Below are positions 35,655 through 35,709 of a DNA stretch of 35,709 bases, piece after piece (the stretch's first letter is position 1; each line of letters opens with the position of its first letter). The DNA comes from a virus (Duplodnaviria; Caudoviricetes), in IMG/VR virus record IMGVR_UViG_3300010383_000020, positions 1 to 35,709 of that record. One strand, written 5' to 3'. The notes beneath the pieces were generated by a model. It did not search any database, had not been told where the DNA came from, and saw nothing but the letters and a program-made list of their open reading frames with translations. The translations under genes were made by a program, and so were the position numbers.

Positions 35655-35709
35655 CCTGGACCCCGTCCGCGAAGAACTCGTCGGCCGACAGCGCGTGGGC
35701 CTCGGCGAC
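35655..35709. repeat. Terminal 55-bp direct repeat (copy of 1-55)
   Basis: Identical to bases 1-55. Confidence 0.97.

Larger units (their letters stand above)
1..35709. mobile_element. Complete circular temperate phage / phage-plasmid (HK97-type head, non-contractile tail, ParAB + Rep, no integrase)
   Basis: Full virion gene set plus ParA/ParB/Rep module; identical 55-bp ends; ORF continuous across the junction. Confidence 0.9.

Overview
The window is a complete circular, very GC-rich element of 35,654 bp: bases 1-55 equal 35655-35709, and an ORF reads through the junction. It looks like a temperate siphovirus-type phage-plasmid. A long minus-strand late operon encodes an HTH regulator, three membrane proteins (one papain-like) at the lysis position, HNH, TerS/TerL, HK97-type portal/protease/capsid, head-tail and tail genes with a -1 frameshifted chaperone, tape measure, Cys-rich and collagen-like tail proteins, and an ECF-sigma-like protein. 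A divergent switch built on ribbon-helix-helix regulators precedes a plus-strand early region (SSB-like, nucleotidyltransferase-like, primase-SF3 helicase, Lar-like, DUF1064-like nuclease). A plasmid module follows (CopG-like RHH, HTH Rep with internal iterons, KorB-operator-like parS sites, ParA, ParB). No integrase is evident. The most unusual part is a ~1.3 kb less GC-rich island (33250-34602): a putative RNase-toxin-like ORF, a densely structured ~290 nt candidate ncRNA with a convergent terminator, a solitary type I-C CRISPR repeat, and, starting at the next base, a 28-bp XerC/D dif-like site. A Planctomycetota host is an inference only. All functional calls are from motif recognition, without database searches.
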